Shown here: in pieces, positions 48,943 to 61,680 of the stretch
How positions within the stretch are numbered: position 1 is the stretch's first letter
How the letters are laid out: every line of letters begins with the position of its first letter
Assembly (NCBI RefSeq): GCF_001194135.2
Contig: NC_068981.1
Coordinates: 22,664,737-22,728,736, forward strand
Source of the DNA: Octopus bimaculoides
Lineage: Eukaryota
Length of the DNA stretch: 64,000 nucleotides
Direction: 5' to 3'
Translations under genes and position numbers: made by a program
The notes under the pieces: model-generated
Seen by the model: the letters and a program-made list of their open reading frames with translations, nothing else
Told to the model about the DNA's origin: nothing
Databases searched by the model: none

Positions 48943-50609
48943 TGAAAACAGAAAGTTAGTGATAAAGCCAACGTGGAACATATTTAAATCAATACCAACT
49001 TTTTTTGTTTGTTTTTAACGACAAATTTTACTGTTGCTGGAGATGTCAACACTCGGACAATACTCCGTTGTTTCACTTAAATGTGATCGCTTCATTCGTC
49101 AGCTGTATGCTGTCAGCTGGTTTGTGATGATGTTTCGAACTGTATCTTTCTTGTGATTTACAAACTCAAATTGTCATTTTTGCTTACAAAAAAAAAAAAA
49201 AAAAAAAAAAAAGAAAGAAAACCTGCGAAAAACCGAAAACAAAATAAATACCCCTTTCCCGGCTAGCCGCTTTCTTTTATATCATGTAATGTGTCTCCAA
49301 TGATCCCACTTCATTCACGTATATATTATATCTAGTTTTAGTGGCAATTTGACAAACCTATTAGTATTTGTATGCAGGAAATGGCCCTCGCTCTTACTCC
49401 TATGATACTATTAGTGTTTATATAGTGTGTGTACCTCTTTCACGCAACTATATTTACATACTTCACTAGAGCTAATTGCTTTATATTTTTTCTCTCTCAC
49501 ACACACACATACATAAACACACATATATATGTAATTTTTTTAATATTTGTAATCTTCAACAAGTGTTGAAATAACATTTAAAATCACTTTTATATTGTAT
49601 TTATTTTACAGACTGGTCTATTACAAGTGTGTGTATATATTTAATCGTTCTTATGGGTTCACACTGGTGTGAATTACCTTAAGCATTTTTAGAGAAAAAT
49701 CTGTTTATAATTACGGAACGTAAAGTAATTTAAGTTTTTATAGTACAAAGACCAGATGTGTAACGAAAGAAAAAGTACTGCAGCATAATGTTAAAAACAA
49801 TTTAAACAACTTTACCTGTTGATTTAGAATATTTTTTTAAACTAAGAAAGTGAGTAATCTTTTCCACTATACAAACATATACAGTATAATAAATAACAAA
49901 TGCTAAATTAATTTTTTTTTCTTTTTGGCCGGCTGATGAAACAATATAAAGCTGTTGAAAAATTGAATTGTAAATTTAATTAAATTAATAAGTTTCTAAA
50001 TCACTTTTAATCTAATAGGTTCCAGTATAATTCCTTAATTACTTTTAGGAGAGATACATATTTAGGGAAGCTTGTTAACTGACAAATAAGCATCGCTCCT
50101 TACATATTTGCTCATATACAGAAATACTAGTTTATGAATATTATATATTAACACATTATAAATTACTCAAAAATATAAATTAATTTACAAACTTCAATTT
50201 ATTCATTATGGATTTATCGTTTATTTTTATCTCTTTCATTCACTAGAAAGAAAAATAAAACATTTCACCTTTGACATTTCAGTTTTAACAGGTTAAAAAT
50301 CATATGCTTAAAGGATCGAATCTTCCTCAAATTTCTGTTCAATCAATGCCAACCTGGGGCTACAAATAATTTACTTTGTTTTATTTTCTAGAAAAATGAT
50401 TGTTTAACAAATGAAAAGGAAACCTTGTATTTTTGAAATCTTTTACCTTGTTATTGTGGGTTGAGTGCACGGGGATGCCTACTAGTTTTATTTATATTCA
50501 TAATCATCATTGGGGCAAGAGGCTCCCATATGTCCCAAATCCTGCTGCTGTTAAGTGAATGATGGGATCTCTTTCTCTCTCTCTCTCTCTCGTACCTTTC
50601 GGAACTTAC

Positions 50610-50635
50610 CATGGATTGATAATTTGTAAACAAAA
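50610..50635 (-). other. Candidate 26-nt exon ending in ATG
   Basis: Acceptor tatattttttcag, exon TTTTGTTTACAAATTATCAATCCATG, donor gtaagt. Confidence 0.3.
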
Positions 50636-50701
50636 CTGAAAAAATATAATTTCTATGTGAAAGTTAAACTATAAAAGTCCTTTGAGGAAATATTTAAAGC
50701 T

Positions 50702-50792
50702 ATGGCACGAGCATTTGGAAAATTCTGGTTATGGCTTAAAGATCGGAATAAAAAGTTCCATAGAAGATCTTGGGCCTACCCTGAGGAATATG
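50702..50792 (+). CDS. Candidate coding exon MARAFGKFWLWLKDRNKKFHRRSWAYPEEY(x), unknown product
   Basis: gctATGG context, in-frame stop upstream (50672), 30 open codons, consensus donor G|GTAAGT at 50793; unique sequence. Confidence 0.4.
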
Positions 50793-52253
50793 GTAAGTTA
50801 ATTTTCTTACATGTGACATGCTTATGTACTTTCTAATAACATGAAAAGGTTCTCAAATGTATATGAGAACTGAACCTGCTTTTTGTACTTGAAAATCAGG
50901 CTCCCTGCCAACAAGGCAACCTCTATTATACCCTTGGTTGGGTACAGCTAAATATATGAATCTGGCGTGATGATTTGTTATTTGTGACAAGAATATATAT
51001 TTACCTAGCGCAATTAGAGCTAATACATAACATACCCTCATTCGTTAAGGGCTCGCCTTCATTGGTTGACTATTTCAAACACAGTGTTTGCCTATTGTAT
51101 TTCTTCACAACTTTACTAACTTCGCTGCCTCCCTTAATTGGCTGAAGTACGTTCTCTACTTTCATTTGTGATACATTCTATGCATTGTTTTCTTTCAAAC
51201 AATGTAGATGTTACTGTAGATTAGTTGTATATTAAGCCTTGTTGCCAAAGCAGTTGCCGTCAAACTCATTACCATTTCAATATTCAATTTTACATTATGT
51301 TGTGTCTTCAACTATTGACCTTTAACTGAAAATATTTTGAAGTTCTCTATTTTCAATCATCATCGTATTTTTCTTATCTCACTTAACAAACTTGTTTTGA
51401 AAGTTTATTTCACAATTAGAGATCATTAATATTTTCTTTCTCTTTTTTCTTTTTGGTCTTTGGTTTTGGAAATTCTGCTATAAAAATATAGTCCATGTTA
51501 TTCAGAAATGAATGGTTTTTAAATGCCATATTTCTTTCATGTAATTATTAATTCATTAGGAAAACATCTGGTTGGCATTTCTTTCTCTCTCTCTCTCTCT
51601 CTCTTTTTTTTTATGGTTAGGTGGGAAGGTTGGTGTCTGAAGCCTCTCACAAGTTTCAATCATCGGCAAAAAAGAGGTTCAATATTTATATATTTTACAA
51701 TCATCCTACCATTGCCACTTCAAGTTTTTACTATTTAATGCTATTTAACTCTATTTTCACCTTGACTTAAACCCATCGTATGCTTTCATCTTTGAAGTTT
51801 TTCTAGACTTATATGAAACAAGTTCTTCATTGAACTTCTTTTCCAAGTTCCTGTCAATAGCATAGCTGGTGAGGAGGAAGGCAGTCTGTTCCAGGCAACG
51901 CTTTTATGGGGGTAGCACATTCGGGTCTGCTGTATAAACCTATATCAGCTTGTATAGACAACAAACTCAAGAAATGTGGACAGCAAACACAAGGGCTGCT
52001 CCAGGTGACACACATTCTAACTACACCATTAGTTCATGTCCTAGAGACCAATTTCAATCTAATTTCTTCATCACTTTCATTTTGTCCACATGATTTTTCA
52101 TTTGTTTTAACATGAAACACAAAAGTAATTTCGTTCGTAGCTGAACCTAAGATTTCAAATCAACTGAAACCACCAAGAAATAGAGAATATATTGATAACT
52201 TTATGGGCTTTTGCGAAAGCAGCAACGTCAAAATCTTACAGGAAAAAAATTTA

Positions 52254-52555
52254 CAGTAGAAACTCCTGTTTACGAATTTAATTTGTTCCTGAAAGCAGTT
52301 CGTCACCCGAAATGTTCGTAAACCGAAACTATTTTTTCTCTTAGCAAATTCAATAGAAGACATGGCGAATTCGAGCAGATATGCACTAAATGAAAGCTAG
52401 ACAGCAACTGAGGCTCTCTTGCTAAGACTCCCAGCTTTTCACCAACCGTTGTTGCCAGTTTGCTTGTTTGTTACTCGATACGTTTTATGTTCGAAAAATT
52501 GTTCGTAAACCAATTTGTTTATGATGAGAAGCATTCATAAACCAAGGTTCCTCTG
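52254..52555. mobile_element. Tigger/pogo-like (Tc1-mariner) MITE
   Basis: TA-CAGTAGAAACTCCTGTTTACGAA ... TTCATAAACCAAGGTTCCTCTG-TA. Confidence 0.75.
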
Positions 52556-53329
52556 TAATTATCTTTAACTCTGTATTTCAATGACATACATTACATGGTT
52601 CTGGGCATTAAATATACTCAATGGTTTAGAGTTCAAAATATTGTATGGATCTATGATATGCTATGTTCTTAGTAATTAGTTAAGGAATGACTGACTGATA
52701 AAGAAGTTCACTTTCCAATCGCTTCCGCCAGCCTGGGGCCATAGCTTTGTGAGTGGATTTGGTTGGTAGAAACTGAAAGAAGACCATTGTGTTTGTGTGT
52801 TATACCTCCTTCTTGTGACATCACGATAGTTGTAAATGAGTGTCACCAGCACACAAGTAATGTCATTTCTTTTCAATCTTCCATGAAAACATGTCTGGTC
52901 ATGAGGAAATATTTTCTTACTCAGAAACAAGTCAAAGTTGGTGTAAGAAAGAGCAGCCAGTCATAGAAAATCTGCCTTAATGAAATCCATCTGACCCATG
53001 AAAGTATGGAAAAGTAGATGTTAAAATTATGATGATGGTGATGGTGACTCCTTGGGGGTACTATTTAAAATTCTAGAATCTATCCCTTTCCATGTCGTAC
53101 TCTTGGAGGGGTTTAACTTAGCACTGCCAACTAATTAATAAACTTGGTCAATTTTTATGCTCTGCTATTGTTATTTGGTAAGTTGCTCCTAACCTGTGCT
53201 GACCAGACTATTTGGGAATTAAGTGCATTTGACTAAGGACACAAAACAGTCCATGTAACTGGATATGAAATTGCTGTTCTCTTATCTGCAGTAACTAACA
53301 ACTATTCAAAATATCTAGCATTCAAACAT

Positions 53330-53690
53330 GAGTGTGGTTAAGAAGCTCACTTTGTAACCATGTGGTTCTGAGTTCAGTCTCACAGCATGGAACCTTCCAC
53401 AAGTGACTTCTGCTATAGACCCAGGTTAAATAATTCCTTTCAAGTGAATTTGGTTGGTTGAAATTGTGTGTATGTATGTAGGTGTGTTGTGTTCATCCTC
53501 CCCACTGCACGGCACCCTATGTTGGTTTGTTTACATCCCCACGATTCAGTAGTTCGGCAAAAGGGACTGATAAAGTAAGTGCCAGACTTCAAAAAAATAA
53601 GTACTGGGGTTTATTTGCTAGAGTAAACCTTTCAAGGCAGTGCCCTAGAATTGTTGCAGTCCAGTGATTGAAACAAGTAAAAGGTGAAAA
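53330..53690 (+). mobile_element. SINE family A (diverged)
   Basis: gagtgtggttaagaagctcac...tgattgaaacaagtaaaag. Confidence 0.75.
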
Positions 53691-54009
53691 GGATTAAACA
53701 CAATACATAAATGTTTCTTAAAGACCATTTTGTAAGATACTCCACTCCATAAGAAATACATTTTTCAGTAATCACAATAACTAGATTTTTACTGTAAGGG
53801 TGTGACAGTTTATACAAATGGTGTTACTCACTGTATCGTATAATTGATATAAATACTTATGTGTAGGCTGATTTATAGCACTAAGGTACACATGTACCAG
53901 CTCTACTTAATTCCCTTAATAAATGCCAGCTAAATGGTACCATTTTAAAATTGATTTTGCACTTTTTCTGTGTTACTATATTTTCTGGAATACAACTCAA
54001 ATTTTTCAG

Positions 54010-54033
54010 ACCAAAATTTACGGTCAAGAGATG
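54010..54033 (+). CDS. Candidate 24-nt microexon ((D)QNLRSRD(x) in phase 1-1)
   Basis: Acceptor aatttttcag, donor ATG|gtaaga, length 24; frame-compatible with 50702-50792. Confidence 0.3.
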
Positions 54034-54787
54034 GTAAGATGACTTACACATCAAAATGACTTTGGAGGACCAAAAATTCCATATGAAATGCAGCAGAATT
54101 TGGGAAGATAGTGACAATGTTTGAATGTTTGCAAAACGTACATCAACTTGTATACCAGAAAATATGGTATATTCTTCAGTATTTGAAGGCAGTAAAGTTG
54201 GAAGGGTTCTTAAAGCATTGGATTGGAATAAAGCAGTAAAGAGCACAATGTGACACATTGTTCTGGGATCCAGTTATTTTTTTAACTTTCCCTTTTCCTT
54301 CTCCAGTAGCATAGATTGCATGGCACCTTGGGTATATGCCTTCTACAATAGTCTTGTGAGTAGATGTAGTTGTCAGAAACAAAACTTTTGTGTGTATGTA
54401 TTTATGTGTGTACACACACACGCGTGCCTCCTTGTCTTGGGTCACTGCAATAGTGGTAAAATGAGCATCACTGTTATGCAAGCAATGTCCTCTGTTTCAA
54501 GTCTTCCATAAAAACATGTCATGACATGGGTAAATATCTTACTTGGAAATAGGTGAGGGTTGGCAACAGGCAGGGTATCCGACTGTACAAAATCTGCCTC
54601 AATGAATTCCATCTGATTCAAGAAAATTTTTAAAAGTAGACATTAAAATGATGACATGTATGTGTATGAATATATATGTGTACGAGTATATGGTTGTATG
54701 TATGTATACATGTGTATCTATATATAAGTATATATATTTAAGTTCATATATGTATGTGTGTGTTTGTGTGTATGTAATATACACACA

Positions 54788-54915
54788 CAGCTGTAGAAAC
54801 TCTGCCAGATCAGATTGGAGCCTGGTGCAGCCTTCTGGCTTGCCAGTCCTCAGTCAAATCGTCCAACCCATGCTAGCATGGAAAGCGGAAGTTAAACAAT
54901 GATGATGATGATGAT
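54788..54915 (+). mobile_element. SINE family B (young, 5'-truncated)
   Basis: cagctgtagaaactctgccagatcag...(gat)n. Confidence 0.88.
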
Positions 54916-56146
54916 ATATAAATAATACAGAATGGGACAAGAACGCAAAAACATCCAGACAGTTAAGTGATACAAGAAAGGGACAAAACATACAGATGGA
55001 CGATATCATACAGTCAGATTTTTCTGTGTTGAGAAAAATCCATCTTTAATAATAGCAATATTGTATTAAACTTCCTCCACCACCCATTTTAACATCTGTA
55101 CTTTCTCTAAACCCACCGTGACTCCATCAGAAGTAACTGGGTCATCTAACACTATTGATTTGGTTGCATAACACATCATTGATTTTATTTAGAAGCTGAA
55201 TAACAACAGAATAGTTTGTCAGTGGAAAACATTGTTTTGTAATGAACGTAATTGTTCCAGAGCCATAATTAATAACTTGTGGCTGTTTTTACATCAAGGT
55301 AATTGACTTACAAACTTTTCCAGACTATTAACCTCATCTTTTTAAGCTTCCATTTTACAATCACTTTGATCTCCAATGGAGTTTCAATTTTTGTTTACAT
55401 ATATTGTCTCAGATTGGATTTGAACTCAGAACTTTTATTTCTAAATGAGTGGGTAATTTATTAACAAGCTAATTTAGTTAATTTTGATATTTTATCATCA
55501 TCATCATCATCTTCATCATCATTTATCATCCATTTTCCAAGCTGGCAGGCGTTGAATGGTTTAAGATTCTGTGAGACACATGGCTGCACCAAACTTCAGA
55601 GTCAGCTTTGGTATGGTTTCTGCAGCTGGATGCCCTTCATAATGCCAACCACTTTTAAGTGTGTACTAGCTGCTTTTTTCATGTCACTGGTAATGGTGAC
55701 ATTGCGAAGCAACTTGCAAGACAGGAAAGAACAACTGAAGGATCTGGGTTCAAATCTAACCTGAAACAATTTGAATAATCAAGAAGTGGGCATTTGAGAT
55801 TGAACTAATTAAAATTTTGTGTAAATGGTAATTATAATAATAAGGTTAATGGTTTGGAAACTTTACTTATTGGGAAAACTCCTTTTAGAATTATTAGACA
55901 TATAGGTGCAGACATAGCTGTGTGGTTAAGAAGGTTGCTTTGCAACTATATGGCTTTGGGTTCAATCTCACCAAACCCGAAACCATTGTGGTTACAAAGC
56001 AAGCATCTTCTACTGTTATAGCTTTGGGCTTGTCAATGTCTTGTGAGTGAATTTGGTAGAGAGAAACATCTGACTTTAAGATAAAAGACTCAGCTGAACC
56101 TACCCTCACTTGATCCATGCAAGTATAGAAAAGAAGACATGAAAAC

Positions 56147-56180
<34 letters not shown>

Positions 56181-56182
<2 letters not shown>

Positions 56183-56335
56183 TCTCGGAGTGGTTGGCGT
56201 TAGGAAGGGCATCCAGCTGTAGAAACTCTACCAAAGCAGATTGGAGCCTGGTGTAGCCATCTGGTTTGCCAGTCCTCAGTCAAATTGTCCAACCCATGCT
56301 AGCATGGAAGGCGGACGTTAAACGACGATGATGAT
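56181..56335 (+). mobile_element. SINE family B (young, 5'-truncated, follows (TA)n)
   Basis: actctcggagtggttggcgttaggaaggg...ggacgttaaacgacgatgatg. Confidence 0.9.
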
Positions 56336-57779
56336 TATATATATATATATGAAATAATGAAGATGGCTATATACGATATAAAATCAAAAAGGAAAAATTC
56401 AATTGTTACTAAATGTAATTGATGCCACAGGGTAGTGCGCGTGCACACACACTTACATACTGGTACTGGTGCCACTTAAAAAGGACCCAGTACACTTTGT
56501 AGAGTGGTTGGCATTAGGAAGGACATATCCAGTGTAGAAACCAACCCAAAACAGACAGTGGAGTCTAAGGTGGCCCCTGGCCTTACCAGCGCCTGTCAAA
56601 CTGTCCAGCCCATGCCAGTGTGAAAGATGGTCATCAAATGGTGATGATATGTGTGTGTATGCACACATGTGTACATATGGAGTATGTGTTTGTGAGTGTT
56701 TATATCTCATTGTCTTGATACCATGGGATAGTTATGAATGAATGTTATTATCATACAAGCAGTCCTACTAGTTTCCAGTTTTCTAAGGAAACATGTTTAG
56801 CCATCAGGAAATAATCCTTTCTACTATAAGCACAAAGCCTGAAATTTGGGTGAGGATTGATAGTTGATTACATTAGCCCCAGTACTCAACTGGTACTTAT
56901 ATTACCAACCCCAGAAGGATGAAAGGCTAAGTTGACCATGGCAGAATTTGAACTCAGAATTTAAGGACAGATGAAATGATGCTAAGCATCTTGCCCGGTG
57001 TGTTAATGGTTCTGTCAGCTCACCATAAGGAAATAATACCAGGCTTAGAACCAGATGGGGATTAGTGACAAGGACATCTCGGTGTAGAAAATCTCCTGGT
57101 CCAGGAATTGAAACCACAATCTTGTGATCATGAGTCCAATACCCTATCCACTAAGCCATACACTTCTACAAAACTGACATTAATTTTATGTTCTTACATA
57201 ATTAACAAATGCATCATTTGTGGTTAGTTTAATTGATGGTGAGTGTAAGAAAGATAAATTCATGTACACTTAAAAATATATTCAACTTTTATATATTGAT
57301 TTAAGAGTAAGTCTACTGTGTCCCAGAATATTGTAATAAGTGATTTGACTACAGGGGTCAGCAGTAGAGTTACGTGATGATAATTAACTCTTGTGCTAAT
57401 GTGGAATTTCAACAAATTATTATAAAGAATTCTCCTTTTACATAATTGTTCATACAAGTTTGATTATCAGACAATAACTACTAAAAGTACCAATACAATG
57501 TCGGTTATGAATAAATAAACAAGTAGACTCACATCTGTATGTATTTAGTCTCCAATGACATTATTCCCATGAGGGCCTTTTCAGCAGCTTAGGATATGGA
57601 TCAAATTGACCAATTCTATTGTTGCTCAACAGTTCATGGGAATTTACTCACCTCTTCCTCCCAAAGGTTACCAATTGGATGATAGAATGCAAGCCTAGAT
57701 ATTTATTTATTCATAATATATGGCTACGTTAATAAATACTTCAAATTTAGGCATAAGGCCAGTGGGAATGGTTGGTTGA

Positions 57780-57950
57780 TATCATCAATCGCAGTACTTG
57801 ACTGATGCTTTATTTCATCAATCCCCAGTATTTGTCTGGTATCATATTTTATCTATACTATATTTCATCAATCCCAATACTTCACTCGTACTTCATTTTA
57901 TTTACCCCAGCACCTCATTGGTACTTTGTTTTATCAATCCCAAAAAAGAT
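57780..57950. repeat. Tandem amplification (4-5 decayed copies) of a roughly 34-bp SINE core segment
   Basis: Recurrent atcaatccc(c)agtac(t)t..ctggta(c)tt.atttt units preceding gatgaaaggcaaagtt. Confidence 0.6.
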
Positions 57951-60109
57951 GAAAGGCAAAGTTAACCCTTACTCGATTTGAAACCAGGACATAAAGACCT
58001 GGAATAAATAATAAAAAACATGGTAATTCACCATCCTTGCTACATTCATAATTAAAATTTTGTTTGACTGCCTCCCTTCTAAGTTAAGCATAGACCAGAC
58101 CCGACACTAGCCACAACCCATGTGAGTTTATAAATACCAGTAGTAATCAATGCAATTACAGATGTTGCTATCACAGGCATGCAGTGAGTTTATCATTCAA
58201 GACTTAGGGGATCAGTGCTAGTGAGTCAATTTAGTGCTTTTCTCATACTACGGTTGATAAACAGTATGTGTGATGATAGGTATTTACTCCAGTGGAGACT
58301 CAGGCCATTTGTTGACAGATGGTTTTTGTATTTAGATTTTCTTTTTCATGTTTTTTTGCAAAATTAAGCATTGGAATTTGTAGAGTAAAGGTGTAACTAT
58401 CTCCTACTTCTATCAGTAATCTCTGTATAATCTCTCTCTCTACATATGTGTATATATATATGATGATGATGATGATATATATATATATATATATATATCT
58501 ATATATATATATATATAATAGAGAGGTCGAGATCAAGTTAATGGGTACATACTTATAAGGTTAAAAATGTACAACTATGTTAGTTCTCAAATTCTCCCCA
58601 CCCCTTATATTATTTAGAATTACATCAGGTTTAATTCTTCATTTCTTATTTCAAGTCAAAATATCTTAAAACTCCATTACTAGTTTCAAGTTACTTTGTT
58701 AATAAAATAATTAAAATTTACTTTGAATAGGATGTTATGATTTGTTATATTATTATTTGTTATATTATTATTTGTTATATTATTATTATTATTTTCATTA
58801 TTAAGGTGGCATGCTGGCAGAATCGTTAGCATGGTCTTTTGCCTGTCGCTACGTTCTGAGTTCAAATTCCACTGAGGTCAACTTCACCTTTCATCCTTTC
58901 GGGGTTGATAAATCAAGTACCAGTTAAGTACTGGGGTTGGTGTGATTGACTGTCTCCCTCCCCACAAAATCCAGGCCTTGTGCCTATAGTAGAAAGGATT
59001 ATTAACATTATTGTTATCTTCTAGATGTATGAATATCAAGGACTTGCTGCCTAGGTAGGCAAGGTAGGCAGTGTCTACTTTGAATAAAATAGATCGATAG
59101 TAACATTTTCCTTTTATGGCAAAATAGGCACCTAATTCAATAAAACTATGAAGGTTACTCTGATTACTATGCATAAAATACAAAATATTTTATTTTTTTG
59201 TAGATTAGGTTGGCATAATTTGCCCCTGCTTTTCAATCTCAGTTTTTAAGCTACGCATAATACTGTTGCGTACACTCCCACAACACCGTTTTCTTTACGT
59301 GCTATAAAGGCAGAAGTAAAACTCCCTTCAACTCAGTCATGCGCCTGTATTTCACTTATTTTTTTGTGTTTTACTACATAAAGGTCACCAACGGCCTACC
59401 CTGAGTAATTACTGACGGCACGTGTCTGATGCATGTATATTTTTATTGCCTAAATGAATGAATTAACAGATAAAACATTACACTCACTCTAAATCATATG
59501 TCTTATAATCTGTCATCATGACTAAGATGAGAAGTCAATCAGTCTATTGTTACTCTACCGGTGTACTTATCTGTTAATCTTCTAGCAATATTTATAACTA
59601 CATCCAGTCATGTGTGGAAACTAATGGATTGTTTGGTGACAGTCCTCAAGGATGAGTTTACAAATTTTACTCCTCATTTTCTGGTGTTTGGTCTGCTTCT
59701 TTTGTTGTTACACATGTGGTCTGTTGATATATATAGTCTTTTACCAGTTCTAATCATTTAGATGTGGCCATACAGGAGCACAATCATGTTTATAAAGTTT
59801 TCCAGTTCATCTTACAATTCCAAGTTTTGAAAGTCAATGCAGTAGTGTAAATAGTGAGTTTGAGTTACCAAGTGTATATAGCAATTATTCTCTCACATGT
59901 GTAAATTTGAATAAGTTAAAATGCTGTGGGGAGATGATGAGACATTGTAAGCAAAACCTTCTTCAAAGAAAAGAAATTGGATCTTTTTGGTTTGATGGGC
60001 AACAATTTTCATTAATGTTTTATGTAGTGTTTTTGGTACCGAAACACTTTCAAACTTCGTATACTTGGTGTATTTTGTATTATAGAACAGATAAAAATTT
60101 TTGTATTCG

Positions 60110-60485
60110 AAGTTATTTCATGTAAAAAGTTGTCGTATTTCGGTAATTTCAACCGATCACTGACGTCTATTGAGGTGAAAACAATTAATGGTGTGGAATG
60201 TAAACAACGGTGTCATGGGATCTTTTCCCTTGAATAAAATTAGTCCCGTTGTTTGTCAACAACAATTACCCGTGTTACTCTTATTTATGACATCGTTCGT
60301 GCGTTTGTACTGGTTTTAGTTTTAGGGTTAGGGTTCGNNNNNNNNNNTAATTAAACAGGGAATAACACTCTTGACACCGGTAAAAATTATTGTTTATAAA
60401 AAGAGCACTAACTGTATTCAGCTGAATAGACGTCAGTGATTGGTTGAAATTACAGAAATACGACAACTTTAACATGAAATAACTT
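60110..60485. mobile_element. MITE / palindromic element with about 63-bp inverted repeats, internal TTAGGG motifs and a 10-N gap
   Basis: aagttatttcatgt..aagttgtcgtatttc.gtaatttcaacc.atcactgacgtctatt (60110-60170) is inverted at about 60424-60485. Confidence 0.75.
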
Positions 60486-61299
60486 ATTAAGAACTAATTT
60501 TTGTTAAGAAGGCTAAGAGAAAAAGATGTTTTATATGACACATTCTACCAGTGTCCCAAGTTTGAAAGTGTTTCGTTAAGAAAACAAGTGTTGCCCATCA
60601 AACCAAAAAGATCCAAGAAATTATCTTAAAGTTTATGCTGACATTGGGATTAGATGTTTGAAGAATTTACAGAGGAAGAAAGAGATAGGATGGGAAAGTA
60701 AGAGAAACCAAACAATCTTATCCAAATTTGTTAAATTTACTAAATGATTTTTCCAATGTGAGCTGCCATTAGTTTCCTCAGACCTCGGTCATCTGAGAAT
60801 CCAATGAAAGGATCACCTGTCACTGAAAAGCAAATTATTCTTAATTCACCAAAGCTAGAACCTATGCTCTCTAGCAGTCTGCTTAGGTGAAATTTAATTA
60901 CCATGGGAAAGGTATTCAGAAGCTAGACGTCAAAGTATCTGGAAAATGATGAGACAGGAGGCAGATATTTTGAGATCAAAAACAAGAGAGGCTCTCCCAC
61001 TGGGGAAGATAAAAACATTTTGTAAAGATGAAAAAACATTTCCAAATTAGTTTTCCAATGACTGAAACAGATTAAGGGACAGATAAGGAGCCCTCTTTAT
61101 TTTTACTTACCATTTACCAGTTTCTATTTATTTTCTATTTCTTGTATTTTTTTGTTTGTTTACCATTTCTAGTATTTTTTCTTTCCGTTTTCTAATATTT
61201 TGTTTAGATAATCTTTAACTTAATCAACTAACGATCATTTCAAATTTTGTATTCAATTAACAATCGTTTCAAACTTGTATTTGAGCTGTTATCTTTCAC

Positions 61300-61680
61300 A
61301 CATTTCTGTCATTGGACCGTAGCTCTATTGGAGCACTACTTTGAAGAGTTTAGTCTAACAAATCAACTGCAGTACTTATCTTAAAGTCAGATGCTTAATC
61401 TGTCTCTTTTGCCAAACCACAATGTTATGGGGGATGTAAACAAACCGGCAACATTTGTCAAGTAGGATGATGTACAAAGACACACATTCATGCTCGCTTG
61501 TACACACACAAGCTCACAGGCTTCCACACAGTTTCAGTCTACCAAATTCATCCACAAGACAGTGGTTGACCCAGGGCTATAGTAGAAGACACTTGAACAA
61601 GATGCTGTGCAGTGGGACTGAATCCAAAATAATGTTGTTGCAAAGCAAGTTTCATACCCACATGGCCATATCTGCAGCTG
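61300..61680 (-). mobile_element. SINE family A (diverged)
   Basis: gagcactactttgaag...cagggctatagtagaagacact...cccacatggcc. Confidence 0.7.

Noticed and set aside
49050-49106. Minus-strand CTGACGA...GAAAC...GTC hammerhead-like string
   Set aside because: Helix III forms but helix II and helix I do not pair; likely chance.
53881-54258. 125-aa minus-strand ORF
   Set aside because: GTG/alternative start, no recognisable domain, runs into SINE sequence and overlaps a better + strand microexon candidate.
60320-60337. True telomere or chromosome-fusion scar
   Set aside because: Only about two TTAGGG units are visible and they lie inside a palindromic mobile element.
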